Source: an uncultured beta proteobacterium (GTDB lineage Bacteria > Pseudomonadota > Gammaproteobacteria > Burkholderiales > Burkholderiaceae_C). Taken from it: 64,000 nucleotides of DNA. The stretch is from positions 57,608-121,607 of the forward strand of contig CAVVXV010000012.1 of assembly GCA_963752295.1 (NCBI GenBank). The letters run 5' to 3'. Shown one piece after another: positions 45,642 to 55,690 of the stretch (position 1 is the first letter of the stretch; the number at the start of each line of letters is the position of its first letter). The notes beneath the pieces were generated by a model. It searched no databases and had not been told where the DNA came from. It saw only the letters and a list, made by a program, of their open reading frames with translations. The position numbers were made by a program, and so were the translations under genes.

Positions 45642-46745
45642 TCAGGAGAAAAGCATCGCCACGCCGCGATTGATGAGCGCGCCCCCGCCCACCAGCCATC
45701 CGAACAGGACCAGTCCGAGCAGCAGCGGCTTGAAGCCGGCCGAGCGGATGGCGTCGAGCCGCGTGCCCATGCCCAGCGCACCCATCGCCATGGCGAGCAG
45801 CAGCGTGTCCAGGTCGATCGCGGAAGACACCAGCTGCGCCGGCAATGCCTGCAGCGAATTGAGCAGCACCACGCCGATGAAGGCGAAGGCGAACCAGGGC
45901 ACCGCGAGGCGATCGTTCGAAGCACCTTGCCGCGTGCTCGCCTGAGCATGCGCCGAGCGTTCGCGGCGCAAGAAGGCTGCGAGGGCCACCAGGAAAGGCG
46001 CAAGGAGCATCACGCGAACCATCTTGGCGATGACCGCCGTGCCAGCGACGTCCGCGCCGATCGAGCGCCCCGCCGCCACGACCTGGGCGACCTCATGAAT
46101 CGTCGAGCCTGCATAGATGCCGAAGCCCGTCGCGCCGCCGGGAATGACCTGCCACTGCGCGTTGAAATCGTGCAGCACCGGATACAGCAGGGTGGCGATC
46201 GTGCCGTAGAGCACGACCGTGGACACGGCGATCGTCACCTGCTCGGCACGCGCGCGCACGATGGGCTCGGTGGCAAGCACCGCGGCAGCGCCGCAGATCG
46301 AGCTTCCCGCGCCGATGAGCATGGCGGTGCGGCGCTCCAGCCCCAGCAGCCGGGTGCCTGCCAGCCAGGCAAGCGCGAACGTGGAGCCCATCACGAGCGC
46401 GTCGACCAGCACGCCGGTCAGGCCGACCGCGGCAATGTCATGCAGCGTCAGGCGCAGCCCATACAGGACGACGCCCAGGCGCAGCAGCGACTGCCGGGCG
46501 AACTGCACGCCAGGACCGGCACTCGCACCCGCGCGGCTCAGCAACGTGTTGCCGACCACCATTCCGAGCACGATGGCCAGCGTGAGCCCGCTCAGCCCGT
46601 GGCTCTGCAGCCATTCCGCGCGGCCAAGGGCCAGCCCGCCGACGGCCACGGCGGCGCTCAGGATGAGCCCGGGCAACAGGCGCCGCCCGAGGGGGACGAA
46701 GTTCGCCGCTGGCGCGCGGACGTGAAGGGCATTCGGATGATTCAT
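45642..46745 (-). CDS. yeiH: YeiH/UPF0324 putative sulfate exporter family membrane protein
   Basis: LLRLGVVLYG, GSSICGAAAVLA, GSTIHEVAQVVAAG and KMVRVMLL motifs. Confidence 0.9.
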   Translation of the reverse strand: MNHPNALHVRAPAANFVPLGRRLLPGLILSAAVAVGGLALGRAEWLQSHGLSGLTLAIVLGMVVGNTLLSRAGASAGPGVQFARQSLLRLGVVLYGLRLTLHDIAAVGLTGVLVDALVMGSTFALAWLAGTRLLGLERRTAMLIGAGSSICGAAAVLATEPIVRARAEQVTIAVSTVVLYGTIATLLYPVLHDFNAQWQVIPGGATGFGIYAGSTIHEVAQVVAAGRSIGADVAGTAVIAKMVRVMLLAPFLVALAAFLRRERSAHAQASTRQGASNDRLAVPWFAFAFIGVVLLNSLQALPAQLVSSAIDLDTLLLAMAMGALGMGTRLDAIRSAGFKPLLLGLVLFGWLVGGGALINRGVAMLFS

Positions 46746-46863
46746 GGCTCGCATCACAGTGCTTGGGTGGTGACGACTGGAATCTAGAGCCTGGGCAGAA
46801 AACGATCCAATGGGTTATCTTCGTAATACGTACCCATCCAATCGCTTGATCAAGAAGGCACCC

Positions 46864-47847
46864 ATGGATGTCCTGCGACTCACGTTGCGCCAGCTCCAGA
46901 TCTTCGTGGCGGTCGCGCGCAGCGGCAGCACGACTGCCGCGAGCGCCGACATCGCGCTCTCGCAGTCGGCCACGAGCTCGGCGATCAACGAGCTCGAGCG
47001 GCTGCTGTCGATGCAGCTCTTCGACCGTGCCGGCCGGCGCCTGCTCCTGAACGACAATGGCCGGGCCCTGCTGCCGCGGGCCCTGGCGATGCTCGACAGC
47101 GCGGCCGGCGTGGAGCAGATGTCGCGCGATGCCGGCGCGCAGCTCCAGTCGCTTCGAATCGGGGCGAGCATGACGATCGGCAACTACGTGTTGCCCGCCC
47201 TGCTGGCCCGCTTCATCGGCCAGCGCCATCGCGACCTGTCCTCGTCCTGGCATTCGAGCGTCGCCATCGCCAATACGGCCGTCATCGCCAGGCGGGTCGC
47301 GGAGTTCGAGCTCGACGTGGGATTGATCGAAGGCGCCTGCCACGAAGCCGCGTTGCGCGTCACGCCGTGGCTCGGCGATGAGCTGCTCATCGTTGCGTCA
47401 CCGGATTGTCCTTTCGCCCGCGCTGCGCACGACGGCCATCGCGTGCCGGTCAGGGATCTGCGCGAAGCGGTGTGGCTGTTGCGCGAGCCCGGCTCGGGAA
47501 CGCGCGAATCCACCGATCAGGCGCTGCTGCCGCAGCTGCGTTCCTACCGGCGCAGCATCGAACTGGGCAGCCTGGAGGCCATCAAGCAGGCGGCGGCCAG
47601 CGACCTGGGCCTGGCCTGCCTGTCGCCCTGGGTGGTCGACGACTTCATCGCGACCGGGCGGCTTGTCGTGCTGCCCACCACGCTGCCCAGGCTGACGCGC
47701 CAGTGCCACCTCGTCCTGCATCGCGACAAGCAGGCCACGCCAGCGCTGTCGGCTTTCATCGATTGCGTCACATCCGCTCAGGATGGCGGCATGTCGCGCG
47801 GGGGACGCGCAATGCACCCGGTCGCGCGCGCGACAATCGGCGCATGA
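46864..47847 (+). CDS. LysR family regulator (YeiE-like)
   Basis: TLRQLQIF...LSQSATS helix-turn-helix, GASMTIGNY and REPGSGTR motifs. Divergent from yeiH. Confidence 0.9.
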   Translation: MDVLRLTLRQLQIFVAVARSGSTTAASADIALSQSATSSAINELERLLSMQLFDRAGRRLLLNDNGRALLPRALAMLDSAAGVEQMSRDAGAQLQSLRIGASMTIGNYVLPALLARFIGQRHRDLSSSWHSSVAIANTAVIARRVAEFELDVGLIEGACHEAALRVTPWLGDELLIVASPDCPFARAAHDGHRVPVRDLREAVWLLREPGSGTRESTDQALLPQLRSYRRSIELGSLEAIKQAAASDLGLACLSPWVVDDFIATGRLVVLPTTLPRLTRQCHLVLHRDKQATPALSAFIDCVTSAQDGGMSRGGRAMHPVARATIGA

Positions 47848-48437
47848 ACGTTCCTGCGCCCCGCCCTCTGGCCGGACCCTCGCGGTCGGGCATCGACCGC
47901 CGAGCATGCTTGTGCCTCGTGCTGTCGCTGGCGGGCCTGGGCGCCGCCCGCGCCCAGGCCGGGCCCGAGGTCCAGGTGGGAGAGCCGCTTCGCGACGTGG
48001 TGATGACGGGCTTGAACGGGCCATCGCGCAGCCTGTCGGCCTATCGCGGCAAGCCGCTCATCATCAATGTCTGGGCGAGCTGGTGCGGCCCGTGCCGCGA
48101 GGAAATGGCGTCGCTGGAGCGGCTCGCATGGCAGGATCTCCCGGTGAAAGTCACCGTGATCGGGATCTCGACCGACGACTACGCCGAGAACGCCAGGGCA
48201 TTCCTGAAGCACTCGAACGCCACGATCAGCCATTTCATCGACCACAAGCTCGTGCTCGAGAAGATGCTCGGCGCCTCGCGCATTCCCCTGACAGTCCTCG
48301 TGGGCGCGGACGGGCGGGTGCTGCAGAAGGTCTACGGCGCGCAACAGTGGGATGGGCCGCAGGCGCTGGCCTTGATCCGCAAGGCCTTTGCGCAGGACAA
48401 GGCACCGGGCCGGGCGCAAAGCCCGGCACGACAGTAG
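47844..48437 (+). CDS. TlpA/ResA family thiol-disulfide oxidoreductase
   Basis: NVWASWCGPCREEM motif and an N-terminal signal or anchor. Confidence 0.9.
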   Translation: MNVPAPRPLAGPSRSGIDRRACLCLVLSLAGLGAARAQAGPEVQVGEPLRDVVMTGLNGPSRSLSAYRGKPLIINVWASWCGPCREEMASLERLAWQDLPVKVTVIGISTDDYAENARAFLKHSNATISHFIDHKLVLEKMLGASRIPLTVLVGADGRVLQKVYGAQQWDGPQALALIRKAFAQDKAPGRAQSPARQ

Positions 48438-48485
48438 TCGCGGCGCGAGGTCGAGAAGCAGACCCGTCGCGAGCCGCGACGGCGC

Positions 48486-49868
48486 CTACGGCCGCTCGCG
48501 GGCTGCGATCCGGTGGTCCAGCGGCGCAGGATGAAACGCGGGGCGGAATCGGCAGCCCGTGCCGAACCGGCCTTCAAGCGACTGACATCGCTCGGCCACC
48601 GATTCCGGCGTGGGCTTGGTCCCGTGCTCGATCCATTCGAGCAGCGCCGCCAGCGCCGCGGGGTAGTCCGGGTCGGCGAGGTAGCTGTGTTCGTGGTCGT
48701 CGGTGAAGGTCTGCACGAGATGGTCGGCGCTGCCGCTCTTCGTCATGGTCTCGCGAAACGCCGATTCCAGTTCGACGAACGCGGTCGGGTCGTCGATCGC
48801 ATGCACCGTCAGGATGGGCACGGGGATGCGCCCGTCGAGGTCGGTGTCGGCACCGAAGCGTGCGACCGCGCGAGGGTCGGCGCGATAGCGCAGCACGCCG
48901 GCATTGAGTGCCGCGTCGTCGGGCGAGCCGCTGTAGCGGGCACCGATGTTCCCGAACGGATTCAGGCCTCCGGTGCGATGAGACACGATGTCCTGGAAGT
49001 GGAAGGTCGCCCAGTTCAGATGCGACTGCACCGATTTCTGCGGGATGCGGATCACGTCGACCACCGTCTTCAGGCGCCGCGCCTGCTCGGGCGTGCGCTG
49101 CGCGGCGGGCAGGCCCAGGCCGAGGCATTCGCGCGTGCGCTGGGCCAGGTCCGCGTGAGTCATCGCGGAATCCGCGGGCAAGCCCATCCACAACGGGTAC
49201 TGCGGTTCGTCGGGTCGAGGATGGTTGTGGCACAGGTACTGGTACACCACTCGCAGGTCGAGGCGGAAGTCGTAGGAGCGCGTGCCGCCGCCGAGCACGC
49301 CGCTGGTCAGCAGCACGCCGTCGTAGGGCCGGCCCGCCGTGAACATCTCGGCGCCCTTGGCGGCCACGCTCGCGCCCCAGGACTGGCCGTGCAGGACCGT
49401 GTGTTTCGGCGTGGCCACGTGCGCCACGAAGATGCGGCGCAGGCTCTCGGTGTCTTCCGCAGCCGCGCGCACTTCGACCCCGCCTTGCCGAAAGCTCGAT
49501 CCCGCCCACGCGTAGCCGGCCTTGACCACGATGGCCCAGCGCTTCAGATCGGCGAGCGATCTGGCCAGCTTCGGCTCGCCCAGCGTGGGGCCGCCGTGGG
49601 CATGCAGCACGAGCGTGCCGTTCCAGTCGGCCGGCATCGCGATCAGGTAGAACGCGCCCGCCGAGTCACGTCCTGCAAGGCAGCGTGTGCCGGCGGCCAC
49701 GCCCTCGGGGCAATCGTGAGGCGTCGGCGCGGCTTCCGCGACAGGTGCAGAGGCGCTGGTCTTGCTCGGCGCCGAAGAAACCTGCGCGCAGGAGGCGAGC
49801 AGCATCTGCGCTGTGGCGAAGACTGTCGCGGCGGCCCAGCGGGCAGTCAACGATGGCGCTGCACTCAT
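48486..49868 (-). CDS. Secreted alpha/beta hydrolase (lipoprotein)
   Basis: Lipobox LLASC, HAHGG, GQSWG nucleophile elbow, HAIDDP and EHS motifs. AGGAG RBS. Confidence 0.82.
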   Translation of the reverse strand: MSAAPSLTARWAAATVFATAQMLLASCAQVSSAPSKTSASAPVAEAAPTPHDCPEGVAAGTRCLAGRDSAGAFYLIAMPADWNGTLVLHAHGGPTLGEPKLARSLADLKRWAIVVKAGYAWAGSSFRQGGVEVRAAAEDTESLRRIFVAHVATPKHTVLHGQSWGASVAAKGAEMFTAGRPYDGVLLTSGVLGGGTRSYDFRLDLRVVYQYLCHNHPRPDEPQYPLWMGLPADSAMTHADLAQRTRECLGLGLPAAQRTPEQARRLKTVVDVIRIPQKSVQSHLNWATFHFQDIVSHRTGGLNPFGNIGARYSGSPDDAALNAGVLRYRADPRAVARFGADTDLDGRIPVPILTVHAIDDPTAFVELESAFRETMTKSGSADHLVQTFTDDHEHSYLADPDYPAALAALLEWIEHGTKPTPESVAERCQSLEGRFGTGCRFRPAFHPAPLDHRIAARERP

Positions 49869-49954
49869 TGGCGGTCTCCTGGTTCCCGGGGATTCGAGCC
49901 GCGACGATAGGGAAGTCGGCTCTGCGCGTCAAATGTCCTGATCACATAGATTCA

Positions 49955-49972
49955 TAAGATTGATCTTACAAT
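49955..49972 (+). promoter_or_regulatory. Palindromic operator TAAGAT-TG-ATCTTA overlapping a TACAAT -10 element
   Basis: AT-rich palindrome at 49955-49968. TACAAT at 49967-49972 ends 7 nt before the marR ATG. Confidence 0.55.
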
Positions 49973-49979
49973 CCGATCC

Positions 49980-50525
49980 ATGATCGACAAGGCCGCCACC
50001 CACCCTGCCCCCGCCCCCGCCCCCGCATCCGACCCCGGCCATCTCGCCGTGCGCCTTCGCTCGTCGACCACGCACCTGTCCCGCCGCCTTCGCAGCGGCA
50101 TGCCCAGCCAGTCGCTTGGCGCTGCCACGTTTGCCGTCATGGGCCATCTCTACCGCGGGGGACATCTCACACCGACACAGTTGGCACAGCACGAGCGAGT
50201 GAAGCTGCAGACGCTCACGCGACTGCTCGCCGAACTCGAATCCGCGGGCACGATCCGCCGAAGGCCGCACCCGCACGATGGCCGCCAAACGCTGCTGTCG
50301 CTGACGGCCCGCGGGGTACGGGAGCTCACGGCGGAAGTGAAGCGCCGTGAGGCTTCGCTGGCCCTTGCCCTGGCCGACGAACTCGATGCCCGCGAACGCG
50401 CCACGCTGCTGAGGGCCTGCGACCTGATCGACCGCATCGCCGCCCGAGTGGGCGAAGCTCAGGCTCGATCGGCCACCCGTGCCGCGCCTCGTGGCACTCG
50501 CGCGCGCGGCCAAGTGCCCGCCTGA
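49980..50525 (+). CDS. MarR family transcriptional regulator
   Basis: LTPTQLAQHERVKLQTLTRLLAELE and RRPHPHDGRQTLLSLTARG motifs. Confidence 0.9.
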   Translation: MIDKAATHPAPAPAPASDPGHLAVRLRSSTTHLSRRLRSGMPSQSLGAATFAVMGHLYRGGHLTPTQLAQHERVKLQTLTRLLAELESAGTIRRRPHPHDGRQTLLSLTARGVRELTAEVKRREASLALALADELDARERATLLRACDLIDRIAARVGEAQARSATRAAPRGTRARGQVPA

Positions 50526-50527
50526 CC

Positions 50528-51670
50528 ATGACCGGCCCGGTCCGCCCCGAGAGTGACATCCACGGCGCGCCACCCGACGCCCGTCAAGCAGCCGCGGCGC
50601 TTTCGCCTGTGACCGCGCCATCGACAGCATCGGCATCGCAAGGCTGGTGGCAATCCGAGAAGGCACATCACGGCGCTCAGCTGGTCGCCGCCATCGTGCT
50701 GGCCTTCGCGGCGTCCAGCGCACTGCGGCTGCCCGAATCGCTGTGGGCAGTGATGAGCGCGCTGATCGTCGTGCGGCCCACCACCGGGTCTACTTTCGGC
50801 GCCGGGTGGGATCGCGTGCGCGGCGCGCTCGCCGGCATGCTGGTGGCCCTGGCCGGCGTGTGGCTGCGCCACCATCTCACGCTGGCCGCCATGCCGGTCA
50901 CGCTGGCGATCGTCGCCGCGCTGGCCTATGCCAGTGCGGTCGTCCCGTCGATGCGCAGCGCGCCGATCAGCGCCCTGATCGTGCTCAACAGCAGCGGGCT
51001 CGGAGGTCATTCGGCGACACAGGTGGCCACGCTGCGCGGCATCGAGATCGTCATCGGCGTGGCCGCCGGGCTGGCCGTCTCGTTCCTGGGCATCGGCGCG
51101 CGCGCACGCGGCCGGTTCGACCGTGCAGCGGCCGACTTCCTCGACCAACTCGCGAACAACGTTCTTCAGGCCATGCAAAGCCCCGCGCCCGATGCGGTCG
51201 CGACCGAGGCCACCGTCACGCGCACCCGCGCCGCCTTGCGTCGGCTCGCCGAACTCGCCGACGCGGCCGACCGCGAGACGCGCTTGCTGCCCCGTCGTGG
51301 TGAGACAGGGCCAGCCGACCGCCATCGAATGGCCGTCCGAATCCTCGCAAGAACACAGCACGATGCGTCGCAACTTGCGCGCGTGCAGGCGTTGTCCAAG
51401 GACGCCGATTCGCCGTACTGGGGATCGCTCGCGCACGCGGCATCGGGCGCCTTGCACGCCACGGCCGACGCGATCGCCGGCCGCGCCGTGCGTGGCGATC
51501 TCTCGCCGCTTCGCGCGCTGGTCGGGCCGCAGGCGCAGACCGGCGAGGGGCGTCCGGCAGTGTGGGCCATGGCCCCGATCGCGCTGCTGCTGCAGGACCT
51601 CGGCGCGCTTCGAAGCCTCGTGCGCCCACCGCCTCCCTTGCATCTTCCGGACTCGGACTCGTTCAGCTAG
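50528..51670 (+). CDS. FUSC family membrane protein
   Basis: LPESLWAVMSALIV, RVRGALAG and RGIEIVIG motifs, followed by a helical C-terminus. Confidence 0.82.
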   Translation: MTGPVRPESDIHGAPPDARQAAAALSPVTAPSTASASQGWWQSEKAHHGAQLVAAIVLAFAASSALRLPESLWAVMSALIVVRPTTGSTFGAGWDRVRGALAGMLVALAGVWLRHHLTLAAMPVTLAIVAALAYASAVVPSMRSAPISALIVLNSSGLGGHSATQVATLRGIEIVIGVAAGLAVSFLGIGARARGRFDRAAADFLDQLANNVLQAMQSPAPDAVATEATVTRTRAALRRLAELADAADRETRLLPRRGETGPADRHRMAVRILARTQHDASQLARVQALSKDADSPYWGSLAHAASGALHATADAIAGRAVRGDLSPLRALVGPQAQTGEGRPAVWAMAPIALLLQDLGALRSLVRPPPPLHLPDSDSFS

Positions 51671-51817
51671 CTCGCCCGCCAGAGGTCAAGCGGTGAACAC
51701 GCGATTCGCGCGGCTCGTCTGGACTTCGCATCCATGCCGCGCGCGCCTGAGGCGTTGCGCTTGACCTTTCAACACGGTTGCGGGGCAAGCAGCCCTGCCC
51801 CTCGACCGTGCGCGGCG

Positions 51818-53044
51818 TCAGTCGCCGGTGCTGATCACGTCGCCGAAGCCCTGCCAGCGTTCGCCGGTGAACCTGGCCAGTTGCGCCTGCTGAATCAGGA
51901 AGTAGTCCGACGGACTCGAATTCATGCTCATGCCGGGCAGCAGCAGCGGCGGCTTGAAGTCCTTGATGTTGGTCGCCTGCTTCATCACGTTCTCGCGCGT
52001 GAGATCGTCGCCGCACTGCTTGAGGATCTGCACCATGGTCTGCGCGGCGATGTAGCCGTACAGGTTCGACGCATCCTTGGTGTCGCCGTCGGGGTAGTAC
52101 TTGGCCATGAACGCACGCCACTCCTTCATCGGCGGATCATCGTTCCATTGCGGATCGTTCGGGTCCTTGTAGTACTGCACGGTCAGCAGGCCCACCGATT
52201 TGTCCAGGCCCGCGGGCTTGAGCACCGATCCCACCGACGCGCTGACGTTGTTGATGATGTGCAGCGGCTTCCAGCCCGAGTCGTAGGCCTTGCGCACGGC
52301 CTGCGCCCCGAACTTCGGCGTGGTGATGTTGATGAACGTGTCGGCGCCCGAGCCTTGCAGCGAGAGGATCTGCGAATCGACGGTCGGGTCGGTCACCTCG
52401 TAGGTCTGTTCGGCGACGATCATCTTGCCCGCGGCGGCGCCCAGGCCGTCCTTCACGCCCTTGAGCACGTCCTTTCCGTAGTCGTCGTTCTGATAGAGGA
52501 TGCCGATCTTCGCGTTGGGCTTGTTCTTCAGCAGGTACTTCGCGTAGATCTGACCTTCCGACTGATAGCTCAGGTTGAGGCCGATCGTCCACGGGAAGTG
52601 TTCGGGGTCTGCCCATTTCGTCGCCCCCGTGGCCAGCAGCAGGTGCGGCACCTTCTTCAGGTTGACGTACTTGTGGATGGCGCTGTTGGGCGGCGTGCCC
52701 AGCGTCTGGAACAGCGCGAGCACTTCGTCCTGCTCGACCAGCTTGCGCACCTGTTCCACCGTGCGCGGCGGGCTGTAGCCGTCGTCCAGGCTGATCAGGT
52801 TGATCTGCCGGCCGTTCACTCCCCCCTGCTCGTTGATCATCTTGAAGTAGGCCTGCTCGACCTTGCCGATCGTGCCGTAGGCCGACGCCGGGCCGCTGTA
52901 GGGCATGGTCTGGCCGAGCTTGATCTCCTTGTCGGACGCTCCCGGTCCGTACTTCGCGGCCATCGCCCAGGGCGTGGCGAGCCCGAACGCGACGGCCACC
53001 GCGCCTGCGATCAGTGAGAAACGACGTGTGGGACTGAACTTCAT
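51818..53044 (-). CDS. Liv-type ABC transporter substrate-binding protein
   Basis: GAAGGAG RBS, signal peptide, GQTMPYSGPASAYG, DDGYSPP and YQNDDYG motifs. Confidence 0.93.
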   Translation of the reverse strand: MKFSPTRRFSLIAGAVAVAFGLATPWAMAAKYGPGASDKEIKLGQTMPYSGPASAYGTIGKVEQAYFKMINEQGGVNGRQINLISLDDGYSPPRTVEQVRKLVEQDEVLALFQTLGTPPNSAIHKYVNLKKVPHLLLATGATKWADPEHFPWTIGLNLSYQSEGQIYAKYLLKNKPNAKIGILYQNDDYGKDVLKGVKDGLGAAAGKMIVAEQTYEVTDPTVDSQILSLQGSGADTFINITTPKFGAQAVRKAYDSGWKPLHIINNVSASVGSVLKPAGLDKSVGLLTVQYYKDPNDPQWNDDPPMKEWRAFMAKYYPDGDTKDASNLYGYIAAQTMVQILKQCGDDLTRENVMKQATNIKDFKPPLLLPGMSMNSSPSDYFLIQQAQLARFTGERWQGFGDVISTGD

Positions 53045-53104
53045 CACTGTCTCCTTCGATGTCATCTGCACACAAGAACACACGAGAGCCGGGTGCGGGG
53101 CCGT

Positions 53105-54095
53105 CTAGCGAGCGCGAAGGCGCCGCCATCGGGCCGCCATCACCCGGAGGAAACCGGCCACGCCGGTGGGCATGACATACATGAATGCGATCAGGACCAC
53201 GCCGTAGATCGCCCAGGGCGCGGCCTTGGAGATCTGGTCGGCGAAGTTGGGCACGAACTGGATGAACAGGGCACCGAAGATGGCGCCCGAGATCGACGCG
53301 AGCCCGCCGATCACTACGCCGACCACGAGACTGATCGACAGGAAGATGTTGAACGAGTCGGGCGCCACGAACTGCACCGCGATGGCCCCGAGCGCGCCGG
53401 CAATTCCGGTGTACATCGCCGACACGCCGAAGGTCATCGACTTGACCATCGCCGTGTTCACGCCCATGGCCTGCGCGGCGATGGGCTGGTCGCGGATCGC
53501 CACCATCGCGCGGCCCATGCGCGCTGCGCAGGATGTTCCAGCCCAGCACGAACATCAACACCAGCCACGCGAGCACCAGGAAATACAGCCAGCGGTCCTG
53601 CGACAGTCCGGTCCATGAGGGCGCATCAGGCTTGGCGATGACGATGCCCATCGCCCCGCCGGTCCATTCCTCGATGCCCTTGTACTTGAGGATCTGCGGC
53701 ATCGTGACCCCCAGCGCGAAGGTCGCCAGCGCCAGGTAAAGGCCCTCCAGCCGCAGCGCAGGCAGCCCGAACAGGAAGCCCGCGACCAGGCACACCGCGC
53801 CGGCGACCGGCACGGTCGCCCAGTAGGGCACGCCGAACTTGTCCATCAGGACCGCGGCCACGTAGGCGCCGATCGCGTAGAACGCGCCATGGCCGAGCGA
53901 GATCTGGCCGTTGTAGCCGGTGAGCATGTTCAGGCCCAGGAGCGCGATCGCGTAGACGAGCGCCAGCGTGACCTGAAACACACGGTAGTTGCTGATCACG
54001 AACGGCAGCACGCAGGCCAGCACGAGAACGACCAGCACGCCGGCCAGGCGAGCGCGGTTCATCGAGGACGATCGGGACGCAGGCAAGGCATTCAT
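53105..54095 (-). pseudogene. LivM-like ABC permease with a +1 frameshift near 53522 (true pseudogene or sequencing error)
   Basis: The N-terminal half (GQISLGHGAF, LRLEGLYLALAT) ends at ...ILRS. The C-terminal half (MGRAMVAIRD...GGLASISG) is in another frame. Removing one base (AGC G CGC ATG) restores ILRSRMGR. Confidence 0.85.
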
Positions 54096-54099
54096 GGTG

Positions 54100-54969
54100 T
54101 CAGACCCGCGTCACGTGAATCTTGCCGAACAGGCCCGACGGCCTCACCACCAGCACGCCGATGATGAGCACGAGGGCGACGGTCAGCTTCAGCTCGGTGC
54201 CCAGCAGTGCCCCGACCAGGTTCTCCAGCACGCCGACGATGAACCCGCCCACCACTGCCCCGCCGGGGCTGTCGATTCCGCCCAGCAAGGCGCCCGCGAA
54301 CGCGTACAGAAGGATGCCGGCCATCATGTTGGGCTCGAGAAAGACCGTGGGCGCCACCATGATGCCGGCCGAGGCGCCGATGGCCGACGCAAGCCCCCAT
54401 CCCAGCGCCAGCATCCAGCCCACCCGGATGCCCACCAGCCGGCTCGACACCGGGTTCTGCGCCGCCGCGCGCAGCGCCAGGCCGAGCGGCGTGAAGCGGA
54501 AGAACGCGAACAGCAGGGCCAGCACCACCAGCGTGATGCCGATCGAGCCCAGTTCGTGAGAGGAGACATACGAGTTGCCGAACAGCGGCTGCGACGGAAA
54601 GGGGCTGGGGAAGGGCTTGATCGTGTAGGTGAAGATCCAGCCGGCCAGGCTGTTGAAGATGACCAGCAGGCCGATGAAGACGATCACCACCGAGAGCACC
54701 GGCGCGTTCTCGACCGGACGCACGATGAGCCGCTCGATCAGCACGCCCATCACGAAGGCGATGCCCACGGTCAGGAAGAACGCGGCCCAGTACGGCACGC
54801 CCGCGTGGATGAGGCTCCAGGCGATGTAGGTGGAGAACATCGCCAGTTCGCCCTGAGCGAAGTTCACCAGGTGCGTGGCCTGATAGATCATCACCAGCGC
54901 CAGCGCGACGCTGGCGTAGATGCCCCCGGTGGCGAGCCCCGAGAAGACCTGGTGAAGGATCATGTTCAT
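54100..54969 (-). CDS. LivH-like ABC permease
   Basis: GLATGGIYA, VNFAQGE, LRAAAQN and LGGIDSPGGA motifs. Confidence 0.93.
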   Translation of the reverse strand: MNMILHQVFSGLATGGIYASVALALVMIYQATHLVNFAQGELAMFSTYIAWSLIHAGVPYWAAFFLTVGIAFVMGVLIERLIVRPVENAPVLSVVIVFIGLLVIFNSLAGWIFTYTIKPFPSPFPSQPLFGNSYVSSHELGSIGITLVVLALLFAFFRFTPLGLALRAAAQNPVSSRLVGIRVGWMLALGWGLASAIGASAGIMVAPTVFLEPNMMAGILLYAFAGALLGGIDSPGGAVVGGFIVGVLENLVGALLGTELKLTVALVLIIGVLVVRPSGLFGKIHVTRV

Positions 54970-54972
54970 GCG

Positions 54973-55690
54973 CTAGTACCCCAGGTATGAACGGCGGATC
55001 GACTCGTCGTTGCGCACCGACTCGGCCGTGCCCGACATCACCACGCGGCCTGTCTCGAGCAGGTATGCCGTGTGGGCGAGTTCCAGCGCGAGCGACGCGT
55101 TCTGCTCCACCAGCAGCATGCTCACGCCATCGGACCGGTTGATCTCGCCGAGGATGTCGAACAGTTCCTGCACGATGCGCGGCGCGAGGCCGAACGACGG
55201 CTCGTCCAGCAGCAGCAGGCGCGGGCGCAGCATCAGGGCGCGCGACACCGCCAGCATCTGCTGTTCACCTCCGGACAGCGTGCCGGCCTGCTGGCGTCGA
55301 CGCTCCTTCAGGCGCGGGAAGTAGGTGTAGATGCGCTCGAAGTCGGCCGCGACCTGCTGCCGGTCGCGGCGCGTGTAGGCGCCCAGCCGCAGGTTTTCCT
55401 CGACGTTCAATTCCAGGAAGGTGCCGCGCCCGTCCGGCACGTGCGCCAGGCCCAGGCGCACGATGTTCTCGGTGGCCTTGGAGTCGATGCGCTCGCCGTC
55501 GAAGACGATCTCGCCCTGCGTCTTGACCATCGCGCACACTGCGCGCAGGGTGGTTGTCTTGCCCGCGCCGTTGGCGCCGAGGATCGTGGTGATCGCCGCC
55601 GCGCTGCACGCGGAAGTCCAGCCCGTGCAGCACGCGCGTCGGCCCGTACTGGGCGTGCAGGCCCCGGACGTCGAGCAGCGGCAGGTCCAT
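54973..55690 (-). pseudogene. LivF-like ABC ATPase with a +1 frameshift near 55594 (true pseudogene or sequencing error)
   Basis: MDLPLLDVRGL...VQRGG is followed by one extra G before ITTILGANGAGKTT. The downstream frame has LSGGEQQM, LLDEPS and LLVEQN. Confidence 0.85.

Noticed and set aside
52137-53520. 652-aa ORF 52137..54095 as a permease with a long soluble tail
   Set aside because: The tail is out-of-frame read-through caused by the +1 frameshift near 53522.
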